A stretch of 64,000 nt of DNA, taken from positions 1-64,000 of the forward strand of contig JBDRQD010000021.1 in the NCBI GenBank assembly GCA_043826455.1, in the 5' to 3' direction. Source of the stretch: Candidatus Bathyarchaeota archaeon. Lineage in GTDB: Archaea; Thermoproteota; Bathyarchaeia; TCS64. The notes under the pieces are model-generated. The model was not told the DNA's origin and did not search any database. It saw nothing but the letters and a program-made list of their open reading frames with translations. The translations under genes and the position numbers were made by a program. Of the stretch, positions 10,105 through 20,194 are shown in pieces. Positions within the stretch are counted from its first letter, which is position 1, and every line of letters begins with the position of its first letter.

Positions 10105-10875
10105 ATGGTTCAGTGCGACAAGTGCGGCAAGGACGAGTACATGCCCTTCCGGTGCAAATATTGCGGAGGCTACTACTGCGCGGAGCACAGGCTCCCGGAG
10201 ATGCACGACTGCACCGGCTACTACCAGTACAGCAGGTCCACCACGGGCTCAACTGGCTTCAACCCCACAGGGTACAGCTATGGACCTCAACCCCAGAGAA
10301 GCCTCTTCTGGTTCAGCCAACGGGAGCTCAGGGACCTGGCCATCGGGCTCCTAGTCATCATAGCCATACCCCTGACAATGTGGTGGGGGTACCTTTTTCA
10401 GGCACCCATAATCATCGTGGGCGCCCTCCTCATCTTCGCCTTGGCCTTCATCCTCCACGAGCTGGCCCACAAGTTCATGGCTCAGAGGCTGGGGTACTGG
10501 GCCGAGTTCAGGATCAACCCGCAGGGCCTCATGATCACCCTCCTCAGCTTCATATCCCCCTTCAAGGTGATAGCGCCAGGGGCCGTCATGATAGGGGGCC
10601 TCATGAACTGGGACCACTACGGTAAGGTGAGCGTTGTGGGCCCGGCCACCAATATCGCCCTGGGGATCATCTACTACGCCGCCAGCCTGCTGACGGGGTC
10701 TCAGGTGGTCTACCTGCTGGCCAACATAGGGATGAACATCAACGCGAGCCTGGCCCTCTTCAACCTCATCCCCTTCGGCGTCTTCGACGGCGCCAAGATA
10801 ATGAAGTGGAACAAACTTGTCTGGGGCGCCGGCGTCCTATCAGCGGGCATCCTGTACCTGGTCTCCTCCTTCTAG
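10105..10875 (+). CDS. AN1-type zinc finger fused to M50 (site-2) intramembrane metalloprotease
   Basis: CxxC..PFxCxYC...YCxEHRLPExHxC; HELAH; GPATN; FNLIPFGVFDG. Confidence 0.9.
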   Translation: MVQCDKCGKDEYMPFRCKYCGGYYCAEHRLPEMHDCTGYYQYSRSTTGSTGFNPTGYSYGPQPQRSLFWFSQRELRDLAIGLLVIIAIPLTMWWGYLFQAPIIIVGALLIFALAFILHELAHKFMAQRLGYWAEFRINPQGLMITLLSFISPFKVIAPGAVMIGGLMNWDHYGKVSVVGPATNIALGIIYYAASLLTGSQVVYLLANIGMNINASLALFNLIPFGVFDGAKIMKWNKLVWGAGVLSAGILYLVSSF

Positions 10876-10950
10876 CCGCGTGCAAGGCTTCGAGGCGCAT
10901 AGGCCAAGAGCCCACCAGTTTATGTACCCTTTCAACCACAGTTATCTGAC

Positions 10951-11838
10951 ATGATGATCGTACCTGGGCCCGCCTCCAAGGAGCTGGGGGAAGCCATAGC
11001 CCGCCAACTGGGCGCGGAGGCTCACCCCGTGGACCACAGGTTCTTCCCCGACGGGGAGAGCTACATCAGGCTCACAGCGGACGTGAAGGGCGAGACCGTG
11101 GTCCTGGTGCAGACCACGGCCCCGGACCCGGATAGGAAGCTGGTGCAGCTTCTGGTCATGGCGAGGACGGCCAGGGACTTCGGGGCCAGACGCGTAATAT
11201 CCTGTGTGCCTTACCTGGCTTATATGCGCCAGGATAAACGGTTCCTGGAGGGGGAGGCCCTGAGCTTCGATGTGGTGCTGGGCCTCCTGGAGGACAGCGG
11301 GGTGGATGAACTTCTGGTTGTTGACCTCCACAGCGAGGAGTCCCTCAGGAGGATTCAGCCCCGCCATAGGCTCAGGGTCCACACCCTGTCAGCCATACCC
11401 GTCATAGCCCGGTACCTTAAGGAGCATGGGTACGACGGCGCCTACAGCCTCTCCCCGGATGAGGGGCGGAAGGACATAGTAAGCAGAGCCAGCGAGGTCA
11501 TGGGGGGCGGCTTCGGGTTCTTCGAGAAGGACAGGGACCTGAGGACCGGTGAGACCACCATGCTTGTGAAGGACCTGGAAGTGAAGGGCAGGAAGGCCGT
11601 GGTCTTCGACGACATCATCAGCAGCGGAGGCACCATGGCTAGAGCCATCAAGGGGCTGAAGGCTCAGGGAGCCGTCAAGGTTGCCGCAGCGTGCACCCAC
11701 GCCCTCTTCATGGAAGGGGCCGAGGAGAGGCTGAGGGACGCTGGCGCGGACCTTATCCTGGCGACGGACACTGTGGAGTCGGAGCACAGTGTCGTCTCCG
11801 TGGCTGGGCTCCTAGCGGACCGGCTGAAAAGCCTGTGA
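10951..11838 (+). CDS. prs: Ribose-phosphate pyrophosphokinase
   Basis: FPDGE.YIR, PYLAY.RQDKRF, VDLH, DDIISSGGT, ACTH. Confidence 0.95.
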   Translation: MMIVPGPASKELGEAIARQLGAEAHPVDHRFFPDGESYIRLTADVKGETVVLVQTTAPDPDRKLVQLLVMARTARDFGARRVISCVPYLAYMRQDKRFLEGEALSFDVVLGLLEDSGVDELLVVDLHSEESLRRIQPRHRLRVHTLSAIPVIARYLKEHGYDGAYSLSPDEGRKDIVSRASEVMGGGFGFFEKDRDLRTGETTMLVKDLEVKGRKAVVFDDIISSGGTMARAIKGLKAQGAVKVAAACTHALFMEGAEERLRDAGADLILATDTVESEHSVVSVAGLLADRLKSL

Positions 11839-11883
11839 CCGATACCTATTTCACAGAGCACCCATTCACTCTTAGAGAACAGG

Positions 11884-12231
11884 ATGATCAGTAGCAGGAT
11901 CAGGCTCAAGGTGCAGTCGGTGAAGGCCGTCCGGGACCCGGAGAACAGGGAGGCCTTCCAGATCGATTTCGTGGAGCTGCGCAGCAAGCCCCCGGTGATG
12001 ATGATGAGCAACCCGGAGGTGCCTGAGGAGATCAACCAGATGGTGGTCCAGGTGACCAAGAGCTTCCAGGGCATCTTCCCCGGCGCCCAAGGCAACACCT
12101 ACGAGCAGAGGAAGCTGACCCTCATCCTCACCGGTGAGGAGCTGGAGAGCTTCAGCATGAAGCCATACCCCAACCAGCTCTACGAGCTCAGCATCAGCGA
12201 GGGAGCCCTCAGCTTCCGCGAGGTAGCTTAA
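11884..12231 (+). CDS. Arcadin-1-like protein
   Basis: Length and pattern (DP....IDFVE...P; KLTLILT.EE...F; YELSISEG.L.F) resemble Pyrobaculum arcadin-1 as I recall it. Confidence 0.6.
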   Translation: MISSRIRLKVQSVKAVRDPENREAFQIDFVELRSKPPVMMMSNPEVPEEINQMVVQVTKSFQGIFPGAQGNTYEQRKLTLILTGEELESFSMKPYPNQLYELSISEGALSFREVA

Positions 12232-12274
12232 CCGTTATATTGCCCGGTCTTCAAGACTGATCGGTGGCTTTACG

Positions 12275-12646
12275 TTGATCCAGGACATCCAGCACACAGA
12301 CTTAGAGCCCATGGTTTCATCCTCAAAGGAGCCGGTGGTGGTGGAGTACTGGCACCACAAGTGTCCTGCTTGTTTGGAGATGAAGCCCGTCTACGAGAAA
12401 CTTGAGGCCCGCCTCAGAGGCAGGGCTAGGCTTGTCCGCATGAACCTCCTGGAGAGCAGGGAGAACCGGGTGCTCGCCATAAAGCAGGGTGTGAGGAGCA
12501 CGCCAACGTTCATGATCTACTGCGGCGGCGCGCCCATCGGCATCATCCTGGGCGTCAGGACCCTGGATGAGATAGAGGCGGAGGTTAATGCTCTCCTAGA
12601 GGTCAGAGACTCCTGCTTGAAAGGAACACCCCTAGAAATAGGGTGA
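12275..12646 (+). CDS. Thioredoxin family protein
   Basis: PVVVEYW..KCPAC..MKP; GVRSTPTF cis-Pro loop. Confidence 0.88.
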   Translation: MIQDIQHTDLEPMVSSSKEPVVVEYWHHKCPACLEMKPVYEKLEARLRGRARLVRMNLLESRENRVLAIKQGVRSTPTFMIYCGGAPIGIILGVRTLDEIEAEVNALLEVRDSCLKGTPLEIG

Positions 12647-12674
12647 TAAAAAGTTAGGGCTTAGCCCTGGGACG

Positions 12675-12908
12675 TTATTCCAGGAACTTCAGGGCGTCTG
12701 GAGAAGTATAGTACTTGCCGTCGGCGAAGAGGAGTGCCTCGGAGGTCTTCAGGTCCTTGAGGACGTTGAAGATCTTGCCTTCACCGAGCTTGGTCTTCTT
12801 GATCTCGTTAAAGGTCTTGGGCTCCTTGCAGTGTATCAATACTTTCAGGCAGTTCTCGTCCTTCAGCAGAGTCTGTAGTGTAGCTACATTCAGTCCCATA
12901 ACTGTCAC
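12675..12908 (-). CDS. Small hypothetical protein, probable wHTH fold
   Basis: 77 aa, GAGGTGA RBS, helix-turn-helix-wing-like pattern ending DGKYY. Confidence 0.65.
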   Translation of the reverse strand: MTVMGLNVATLQTLLKDENCLKVLIHCKEPKTFNEIKKTKLGEGKIFNVLKDLKTSEALLFADGKYYTSPDALKFLE

Positions 12909-13056
12909 CTCGTTTGGTGCTTGAACAAAACTAGCGTATTAACAATATATACTTTATTTACGGGTTTGAAAGAAAAATTCCTACAGGATTATACCTTGCT
13001 CTATCAAGGACCCAATCCAATAAAAATTAACTAGAACCAGGCCCATGATATGAGCC

Positions 13057-13902
13057 ATGACCATCCTTGTCACAGGGGGAGCAGGCCGACTGGGCTACGA
13101 GGTTCTGAGGCTCTGCAAAGAAGAAGGGTACAGGGCCCGGGCTTTCGATCTCCCCGGTGTCCCCTGGAGTCATGTTGAGGCATTGGGGGTCGAGGCGGTC
13201 AAGGGCGACATCACCGATAAAGGCAGTGTCAGCCGCGCCTGCGAAGGCGTTGACTCGGTCGTCCACCTGGCGGCCCTTCTGCCCCCCAGAAGCGAGTCCA
13301 GCAGGGAGCTCACAATGAAGGTGAACGTGGAGGGCACGAAACGCATACTGGAAGCCGCGGGCTCCGACACGCCCATAGTCTTCGCGTCATCTATAGCGGT
13401 GTACGGCGTGACGGCAGGGGAGGAGCCCCCTGTAAAGCCTAACCATCCCCTCAGGGTCCACGACCTATACTCCGAGAGCAAGATTACGGCGGAGAAGCAC
13501 GTGACCGGAACCGGGAACCCATACACCATCCTCAGGATCGCTCCAGTCGCTGTAGCCGACCTCCTGGAGCTCCCAGAGGTGGTGCCCTACCGGGCGGACC
13601 AGAGGGTGGAGTTCGTCTACGTGGAGGACGCGGCCCGCGCCATCGTGGCCTGCCTCGGAAGCCCCAGGAACACGGTCCACAACGTCGCGGGCGGAGAGTC
13701 TTGGCGCATGACGGGAGGCGACTACATCAGGCGGTTCTACGAGGCCCTGGAGGTGGAGGTGGAGCCCAACTTCTCTGAGATGCTCACGGCCGTGGACTGG
13801 TACGACACCGACTCAAGCCGGCCCCTCGGTTACCAGAGGACCAGCTTCGAGGCGTTTGAGGAAAAGTTAAGGACTGTTGGGGAGGCATATGGTTTAAGGT
13901 GA
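13057..13902 (+). CDS. NAD-dependent epimerase/dehydratase (extended SDR)
   Basis: TGGAGRLG, VVHLAA, ASS.AVYG, YSESK. Confidence 0.9.
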   Translation: MTILVTGGAGRLGYEVLRLCKEEGYRARAFDLPGVPWSHVEALGVEAVKGDITDKGSVSRACEGVDSVVHLAALLPPRSESSRELTMKVNVEGTKRILEAAGSDTPIVFASSIAVYGVTAGEEPPVKPNHPLRVHDLYSESKITAEKHVTGTGNPYTILRIAPVAVADLLELPEVVPYRADQRVEFVYVEDAARAIVACLGSPRNTVHNVAGGESWRMTGGDYIRRFYEALEVEVEPNFSEMLTAVDWYDTDSSRPLGYQRTSFEAFEEKLRTVGEAYGLR

Positions 13903-13906
13903 TGAC

Positions 13907-14239
13907 ATGAGTGAGCCCCTTGCACCCACGTTGAAGGCGTTGGAGGAGATACAGAAACAGGTCTCAAGCCTCAAGCTGAAGGAGGATGAGGCTAGAGGCA
14001 TCAGTACCCGGCTCCAGAAGGTGGCGAACACCGTGGAGGAGAACAAGACCAAGATATGGCTGAGGACCCGTGCTGGTAAGGAGATGGTTGAGGCGATTCA
14101 GCTGGCGGCGGAGGAGCTTCTCGGCGTCCTCGGTTCCGGCTCAGGGAAGGATAAAGCCCTTACGGCTCTGGCGGCGCTGGAGGCGCAGGCGGCCAGGGTC
14201 GATGAGGAGAGCCGCCGCCGGAGCATGGTGGTCACCTAG
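13907..14239 (+). CDS. Hypothetical helical protein
   Basis: AAGGTGA RBS, follows the SDR gene by 4 nt, typical codon usage. Confidence 0.7.
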   Translation: MSEPLAPTLKALEEIQKQVSSLKLKEDEARGISTRLQKVANTVEENKTKIWLRTRAGKEMVEAIQLAAEELLGVLGSGSGKDKALTALAALEAQAARVDEESRRRSMVVT

Positions 14240-14300
14240 CATCCACCAATATATATATTCTAAAGCCTATATCGGTCCAGAGGGTTCTGGAGACAGGAAC

Positions 14301-15638
14301 ATGAAGAGCAAGGTCTTTTTCATGGATGACCGGTACACCGGCATGGCTTCGAGCATCCCCGCCAAGGCCGACCAGCTGTTCGACCACGCGGGGCTGGGCG
14401 AATGCTTCGACAGGGGCGACTCCGTCGCCATCAAGTGCCACATGGGGGAGTGGAACAACTCCGCGTACCTGCGACCCATCCAGGTGAGGGTCATAGTGGA
14501 CAAGGTGAAGGAGCACGGCGGGGTCCCCTTCGTCACCGACACCACCACGGCCCCCTACTACTACTATGGGGCCAGGAGCACAGCGGCTTTCCACCTTGAG
14601 AACGCTGCCCGCAACGGGTTCACGGCCCAGAGCATGGGGTGCCCCATAATCATAGCCGACGGCATGTACGGCACCGAGGACGTGAAGGTGGACATCCCTG
14701 ACGGTGTCCTCCTCAAGGAGGGTTTCCTGGCCAAGGGCATAGCGGATGCCGACGCCATGATAGTGGTAAGCCACTTCAAGGGCCACGGCGGCGGCGTCTA
14801 CGGCGGCAGCATCAAGAACATCGCCATCGGGTGCAGCAGCAAGAGGGGTAAGTTCAACGCCCACATATGCACCCACCCCGAGGTGGGCTGGAACCACTGG
14901 AGCTTCCAGGGCGACAACTGCGTGGGTGAGGAGTGCCCCGACTACGCCCTCTGCAGCAACATCTGCCCCGCGGGCGCCATCAAGATCAAGAAGGACCACG
15001 CCGAGTTCGACCCGGAAGCGTGCATCGGCTGCTTCGGCCACCAACGTCTCCTGTTCCGCTGCGACCTGTGGGGCAGGGAGAAGTACGATGACTGGAGGAA
15101 CTGGTTCCTGGTGGCCATGGGGGACGCCGCCTCCGCCTACGTCAGGCACATCGGAGAGGAGAGGATAGGGTACCTGAGCTACGCCCTGGACATCACCCCC
15201 GCCTGCGACTGCGTCCCGGGCGCTGACAGGCCCGTGATACCAAACCTGGGCGTCTTCGCGTCGAGGGACATGGTGGCCATAGACGTGGCAGCCCTGGACA
15301 TGTCGGACAAGGCTGAGGGTATCCCGGGATCAATGGCCGAGACGAAGAACGTGATGAAACCGGGGGACGAGAAGTTCACGGGCATTGTGGGTATGAGCCA
15401 GTGGATTACATCCAATACATGCGTCCACCTGGGCTCCGGCTCCAAGGACTATGAGCTGGTGGTTCCCCCAGTCTCAGGGGACGAGGCCAAGTTTGCTCAC
15501 CACCTGTTCAGCCCTGAGAGGCCCTCAGGCTGGTACCTCGGCAAGGCGATGGAGAAGTTCGGAACCTGGACTCCGCCTGGCGGCTACAAGTACAACCCCA
15601 AGCCCACGGTGAGCATCGAGAAGCTCAGCAAGAGGTAG
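14301..15638 (+). CDS. DUF362 family Fe-S protein with ferredoxin insert
   Basis: VAIKCHMGE, PFVTDT, SHFKGH, GG.IKNI.IGC, C...CP..AI, CIGC, ITPACDC; start moved to ATG 14301 (MKSKVFF). Confidence 0.88.
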   Translation: MKSKVFFMDDRYTGMASSIPAKADQLFDHAGLGECFDRGDSVAIKCHMGEWNNSAYLRPIQVRVIVDKVKEHGGVPFVTDTTTAPYYYYGARSTAAFHLENAARNGFTAQSMGCPIIIADGMYGTEDVKVDIPDGVLLKEGFLAKGIADADAMIVVSHFKGHGGGVYGGSIKNIAIGCSSKRGKFNAHICTHPEVGWNHWSFQGDNCVGEECPDYALCSNICPAGAIKIKKDHAEFDPEACIGCFGHQRLLFRCDLWGREKYDDWRNWFLVAMGDAASAYVRHIGEERIGYLSYALDITPACDCVPGADRPVIPNLGVFASRDMVAIDVAALDMSDKAEGIPGSMAETKNVMKPGDEKFTGIVGMSQWITSNTCVHLGSGSKDYELVVPPVSGDEAKFAHHLFSPERPSGWYLGKAMEKFGTWTPPGGYKYNPKPTVSIEKLSKR

Positions 15639-15683
15639 CCCCTCCCTCATCCTTTTTATTCACTGGAGCGGTATCGACAAACC

Positions 15684-16616
15684 ATGAGTTCTAAGCCCCA
15701 GCAGCCCATCGATGTCCTCGTCATCGGGGGAGGCCCCGCCGGGCTCACTGCGGGCCTCTACGCGGCCAGAGCCAGGCTGAGGACAAAGATACTGACGGGC
15801 CCCACCCCCGGAGGTCAGATAGCGCTAACCTACAGGGTGGAGAACTATCCGGGGCTCCACGAGCCCCTGACTGGCCCTGAGCTGGTGGAGCGGCTCATGA
15901 TCCACGCAACAAGCTTCGGCGCAGAGATCGACAGGCGGGAGGCAAAGGCCGTGGGCTTCACATCCAAGCCCCTCAGGGTTGACGTGGGGGACGAGACACT
16001 GGAGGCCAGGACGGTCATCGTCGCCACTGGGTCCAGGAACAGGAAATTGGGCTTGGCGGCGGAGGACAGGCTCATGGGCCGTGGCGTCTTCGTGTGCGCC
16101 ACCTGCGACGCCGCACTGTACGAGGGCCTCAGGGTCATGGTTGTGGGGGGCGGCGACTCGGCCCTCCAGGAGGCCCTGGACCTGAGTAAGTTCGCTGAGG
16201 AGGTTTTCGTGGTGCACAGGAGGGATAGTTTCACTGCATGCAGCTGCCTCCAGGCGGGGGCTGAGGAGGAGCCCAGGATCAGGTTCATGATGAACACGGT
16301 GGTGGAGGACATCATGGGGGAGAATTACGTGGAGGCTGTGGAGTTGAGGAATGTCGTGACGGGAGAGGTGTTAACCATGCATACGGATGGGGTACTGGTG
16401 GCCGTCGGGTGGGACCCCAACACCGCCCTCTTCAAAGGCCAGCTGGAGCTGGACCCCCAAGGCTACATCGTCTCCGAGGGCGTGAAGACCAGCAGGCCCG
16501 GGGTCTTCGTGGCCGGGGACATCAACGATAAGACCTACAGGCAGGTGGTGACGGCCTCCGCCAGCGGCTGCATGGCGGCCCTGGAAGCCGAGTGGTACCT
16601 GACGAGGCAGGTGTGA
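15684..16616 (+). CDS. trxB: Thioredoxin-disulfide reductase
   Basis: GGGPAG, ENYPG, CATCD, GGGDSA, VHRR, GVFVAGD. Confidence 0.93.
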   Translation: MSSKPQQPIDVLVIGGGPAGLTAGLYAARARLRTKILTGPTPGGQIALTYRVENYPGLHEPLTGPELVERLMIHATSFGAEIDRREAKAVGFTSKPLRVDVGDETLEARTVIVATGSRNRKLGLAAEDRLMGRGVFVCATCDAALYEGLRVMVVGGGDSALQEALDLSKFAEEVFVVHRRDSFTACSCLQAGAEEEPRIRFMMNTVVEDIMGENYVEAVELRNVVTGEVLTMHTDGVLVAVGWDPNTALFKGQLELDPQGYIVSEGVKTSRPGVFVAGDINDKTYRQVVTASASGCMAALEAEWYLTRQV

Positions 16617-17557
16617 GCCAAGTGTCGCCGGCAGGTGTGGAGATGAGGCTCGTCTTCTTGGGCACCAGCGGCAGCATGCCCACCGACGCCCGGGGCAGCA
16701 GCAGCGCGGTGTTGAAGCTGGGCCGGGACCTGGTGATGTTCGACTGCGGTGAGGGCACCCAGCGCCAGATGGTGCGCGCACGGGTGGGCTTCAGACGCAA
16801 CATGATCCTGCTGGTGAGCCACCTCCACGGCGACCACGTCCTGGGCATCCCGGGCCTCCTACAGACCATGAGCCTCCTCCGGCGTGAACGGCAGCTGGAC
16901 ATCTATGGCCCCACTGGACTCATCGACTACGTCAAGGCCTTCACCGAGTCTCTGGGGGGCCCTACTTTCCCTGTCATACTCCACGAGGTGCAGGAGCCCG
17001 GCGTCATCCATGAGGATGAAAGAATCAGGATCATAGCCGTTAGATCCCAGCACATTATCGAGGGCTGGAGCTATAGCATTGTGGAGAAGCCCAGGCCGGG
17101 GAGGTTCCACCCTGACAGGGCTAGGGCTCTGGGCGTCCCCGAGGGCAGGCTCTGGCACAGGCTTCAGCACGGGGAGGAGGTCACCGTCGAGGGCAGGGTC
17201 GTCAAGCCTGAGGAGGTCACTGATCCGCTTAGGCGAGGAAGAAGGATAGTCTACTCCGGGGACACTAGGCCTACGGGGGAGTTGGTGGAGCTGGCCCGAG
17301 GGGCAGATGTCCTCATCCACGAGGCCACATTCATCGATGAATTGAAGGAGAGGGCGGCTGAGGACGGCCACAGCACCGCGGCGGAGGCAGCGGAGGCCGC
17401 CAGAGAGGCCGGCGTAAAGATGCTTGTGCTCACCCATGTCAGCTCCAGGTACCCTGACCCGGGTGCGCTGCTGGGTGAGGCCAAGAAGGTGTTCAAGAAT
17501 GTGGTGGTGGCCGAGGACCTTATGGAGTTGGAGGTGCCCCTAGATGAGGGCCCGTAG
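16613..17557 (+). CDS. rnz: Ribonuclease Z
   Basis: FLGT, FDCGEGTQRQ, HLHGDH, exosite GVPEG, YSGDT, HEATF, LTHVS.RY; start either GTG 16613 (overlaps trxB stop) or ATG 16643. Confidence 0.95.
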   Translation: MSQVSPAGVEMRLVFLGTSGSMPTDARGSSSAVLKLGRDLVMFDCGEGTQRQMVRARVGFRRNMILLVSHLHGDHVLGIPGLLQTMSLLRRERQLDIYGPTGLIDYVKAFTESLGGPTFPVILHEVQEPGVIHEDERIRIIAVRSQHIIEGWSYSIVEKPRPGRFHPDRARALGVPEGRLWHRLQHGEEVTVEGRVVKPEEVTDPLRRGRRIVYSGDTRPTGELVELARGADVLIHEATFIDELKERAAEDGHSTAAEAAEAAREAGVKMLVLTHVSSRYPDPGALLGEAKKVFKNVVVAEDLMELEVPLDEGP

Positions 17558-18316
17558 GTGGCTCAGGCTCCTCTCCATGTCACTGTAGCTCTCCACAACG
17601 AGCCAGCCGCTGAACCCGATGCCTCTGGCGGCCCTGACGACGTGGCTCCAGTCTATGCCTCCGTCCCCCACGGGGAGGTGCTGGTCCAAGGCCCCGTGGT
17701 TGTCGCTGACATGCATGTGCTTGATCTTATCGCTGTACCGATCCATGAACTCGTAGACCTCGTCCTGGAGGTTGGCGTGGGCCACGTCCAGGACCATGTC
17801 CATCTTCAGCTCCATCTCCTCGTAGAAGAGATCGAAGTCGCTCACCGAGATGAGCAGGTAGGGCGTCGGCTCTGGCACGTTCTCGATCTGGAGGCTGACG
17901 CTGTACTCCTCGGCGTACCTGAGGAGCCAGTGGAGGCTGCGGATGTTGAGCTCCCAGGCGCGGCCCTTCATGAACCTGTCAGTGGCTGTGGTCCAGCCGG
18001 GGTGCACAACGACGCACCTGGCGTCCAGCTCGGAGGCGAACCTTATGCTGGCCCGTATCCGCTTGAGTATCCACTCCCGGATGAGGTCGTCGTCGGCTGA
18101 GAGGTTTGTGTCCGCGTAGGGGGCGTGGATGCTGAAGTTTAGGGTGTAGCTGGCCCTGAGTTCCTGGAGGCGCTCAACCAGCTTGGGGTTCAGGGCGTGG
18201 TGGCCGCTGTCAGCTATCTCGATGTTCCTGGTGCTGAGCCGTATGAGGTCGGGGAAGACCTGCTCCAGTGGTTTATCTAGGAGGTATAGGGTTGACGCCG
18301 CCAGCTCCATTTTCAT
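17540..18316 (-). CDS. Sugar phosphate isomerase/epimerase (xylose isomerase-like TIM barrel)
   Basis: SIHAP, VVHPG, IEN, LDVAHA, HMHVSDN, DQHLPVG.G.IDW, VVE. Confidence 0.88.
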   Translation of the reverse strand: MKMELAASTLYLLDKPLEQVFPDLIRLSTRNIEIADSGHHALNPKLVERLQELRASYTLNFSIHAPYADTNLSADDDLIREWILKRIRASIRFASELDARCVVVHPGWTTATDRFMKGRAWELNIRSLHWLLRYAEEYSVSLQIENVPEPTPYLLISVSDFDLFYEEMELKMDMVLDVAHANLQDEVYEFMDRYSDKIKHMHVSDNHGALDQHLPVGDGGIDWSHVVRAARGIGFSGWLVVESYSDMERSLSHLRALI

Positions 18317-18394
18317 CAGACACCCTATTGGTTGTGGGGACCCACATAAGCCTTTTATCTCGTGCTTCACCACACCCACTCGAATGGTGGTATT

Positions 18395-19558
18395 TTGATT
18401 CAGCTAAAGGACGGAGTCTACTGGGTGGGCGCCGTGGACTGGGACGTGAGGAACTTCCACGGCTACATAACCCACAGGGGCACCACGTACAACGCCTACG
18501 TGGTTAAAGCGGACAAGGTGGCCCTGGTGGACACGGTGAAGGCTCCTTTCTACGAGACAATGCTGCGCCACGTGAAGGAGGTCGTTGATCCCGAGGACAT
18601 CGACTACATCATAAGCAACCACGCGGAACCCGACCACAGCGGCTCACTGGCCAGGATGGCGGCGGAGGCGCCCCAGGCCAAGGTCATAGCCAGCGAGAGG
18701 GGGGCCCCGGTGCTCAGTAAGTACTACGGCCTGGACGTGGCCACGATAAAGGAGCACCCCAAGGTCGATCTGGGCGGCAAGACCCTCAACTTCGCGCCGG
18801 TCCCCATGGCCCACTGGCCCGACAGCATGGTGAGCTACATCCCGGAGGACAAGCTCCTGCTGAGTAACGACGCCTTCGGGCAACACCTGGCCAGCACCGG
18901 AAGGTTCGACGACGAGGTGAGCCAGGCTGTGCTGTGGCACGAGGCTACGGCCTACTACGCCAACATACTGATGCCTCTGAACAGGAGCGTAGGCAGGGCG
19001 CTGAAGGCCCTGGGGGGCTTGTCTATCGACATGATCGCGCCCAGCCACGGCGTCATCTGGAGGCGGGACATCAAGGGCATCCTTGACCACTATGTGAAGT
19101 GGGTGGAGGGTGTGACGGTGCCCAGGGTGGTCATAGCCTACGACACCATGTGGAAGAGCACCCAGGAGATGGCCTACGCCTTAGCCGAGGGCGTAGCTTC
19201 CAGGGGCGTGGAGGTACGGGTGTTCAACCTGACGGAGACCCACAGGAGCGACGTCATCACCGAGGTCCTGGAGGCCAAGGCCGTGCTGGTTGGCAGCCCC
19301 ACCCTCAACAACCATGTCTTCCCCACGGTGGCCGACTTCCTGGCCTACATGAGAGGCCTGAAGCCCCAGAACAAGATCGGGGCCGCCTTCGGCAGCTACG
19401 GCTGGGCCGGCGGGGCCAAGCGGGTGGTGGAGGAGGAGATGAGGCAGGCTGGGGTCGAGCTAATCGACAACGACCTGGAGTTCAGCTACAAGCCCACCGA
19501 GGAAGAGTGGCGCATGGCCTATGATTTTGGCGTAAAAATCGCTGACAGGGTCAAGTGA
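18395..19558 (+). CDS. fprA: Flavodiiron protein (FprA, A-type flavoprotein)
   Basis: GTTYNAY, HAEPDHSG, HWPD, SNDAFGQH, PSHG, flavodoxin domain AFGSYGW; TTG start inferred. Confidence 0.93.
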   Translation: MIQLKDGVYWVGAVDWDVRNFHGYITHRGTTYNAYVVKADKVALVDTVKAPFYETMLRHVKEVVDPEDIDYIISNHAEPDHSGSLARMAAEAPQAKVIASERGAPVLSKYYGLDVATIKEHPKVDLGGKTLNFAPVPMAHWPDSMVSYIPEDKLLLSNDAFGQHLASTGRFDDEVSQAVLWHEATAYYANILMPLNRSVGRALKALGGLSIDMIAPSHGVIWRRDIKGILDHYVKWVEGVTVPRVVIAYDTMWKSTQEMAYALAEGVASRGVEVRVFNLTETHRSDVITEVLEAKAVLVGSPTLNNHVFPTVADFLAYMRGLKPQNKIGAAFGSYGWAGGAKRVVEEEMRQAGVELIDNDLEFSYKPTEEEWRMAYDFGVKIADRVK

Positions 19559-19566
19559 CCCTTTTT

Positions 19567-20157
19567 TTATATGAACACGTAGTGGACGTAGAAGGCCATC
19601 TGGAGCCATGTGAGCACAGTGCTTATCACGGCTCCGGCGGTCACCTGCTTCTTGTCGTGGGCCTTCAGCTCGACCCTGGCCCAGGCCACGGGCAGGAACA
19701 GTAGGAACAGGGGCAGCAGCCGGGTGCCCAGCAGGTACACGAGGGCGGTGACTGGGCTGGCGATGCCGCTGGCGTGGATGCTTATCTTCCACTTCATGGT
19801 GATGAGGAGCAGCACCACGCCGTTCACTATGTAGCAGGCCATGAGGGCCGTTATCTGCTCGGGGGCGCGGACGGCTATGAGGGCTATGGTGCCCATCGTG
19901 TAGCTGAAGATGGTGGACATGAAGGGTATGAACCGCTCGTTCCGGTCGTTGGCGTAGAAGTCGCTTATGATGCCCCGCTTAAGCATGTAGACCACTAGGA
20001 TGAGGGGCAGGAAGCAGCCGAAGAAGCTGGTTATACCCAGCAGCTGAAATGTTGTCCCTTCCCCAAACCTGTATACCAGGGGTATGAAGGTGAGTAGGGT
20101 GATGAGGGGCGCGTTCATGACCGCTGACACGTACTTGGCCAGCTTGGTTCGGTTCAA
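19567..20157 (-). CDS. PAP2-like membrane protein
   Basis: About 6 TM, WKISIHASG and WARV.L.AH...QV..G; start TTG 20157 after AGGAG. Confidence 0.75.
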   Translation of the reverse strand: MNRTKLAKYVSAVMNAPLITLLTFIPLVYRFGEGTTFQLLGITSFFGCFLPLILVVYMLKRGIISDFYANDRNERFIPFMSTIFSYTMGTIALIAVRAPEQITALMACYIVNGVVLLLITMKWKISIHASGIASPVTALVYLLGTRLLPLFLLFLPVAWARVELKAHDKKQVTAGAVISTVLTWLQMAFYVHYVFI

Positions 20158-20194
20158 CTCTATACTCCTGATGCATTGATTCTGCTTCTGTGGT

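Noticed and set aside
14070..14300. N-terminal extension of the DUF362 ORF (similar over-extensions at 39787-39891, 53271-53501, 61470-61793)
   Set aside because: They overlap neighbouring real genes and family homology starts at the downstream start codon; no evidence for fusions or frameshifts
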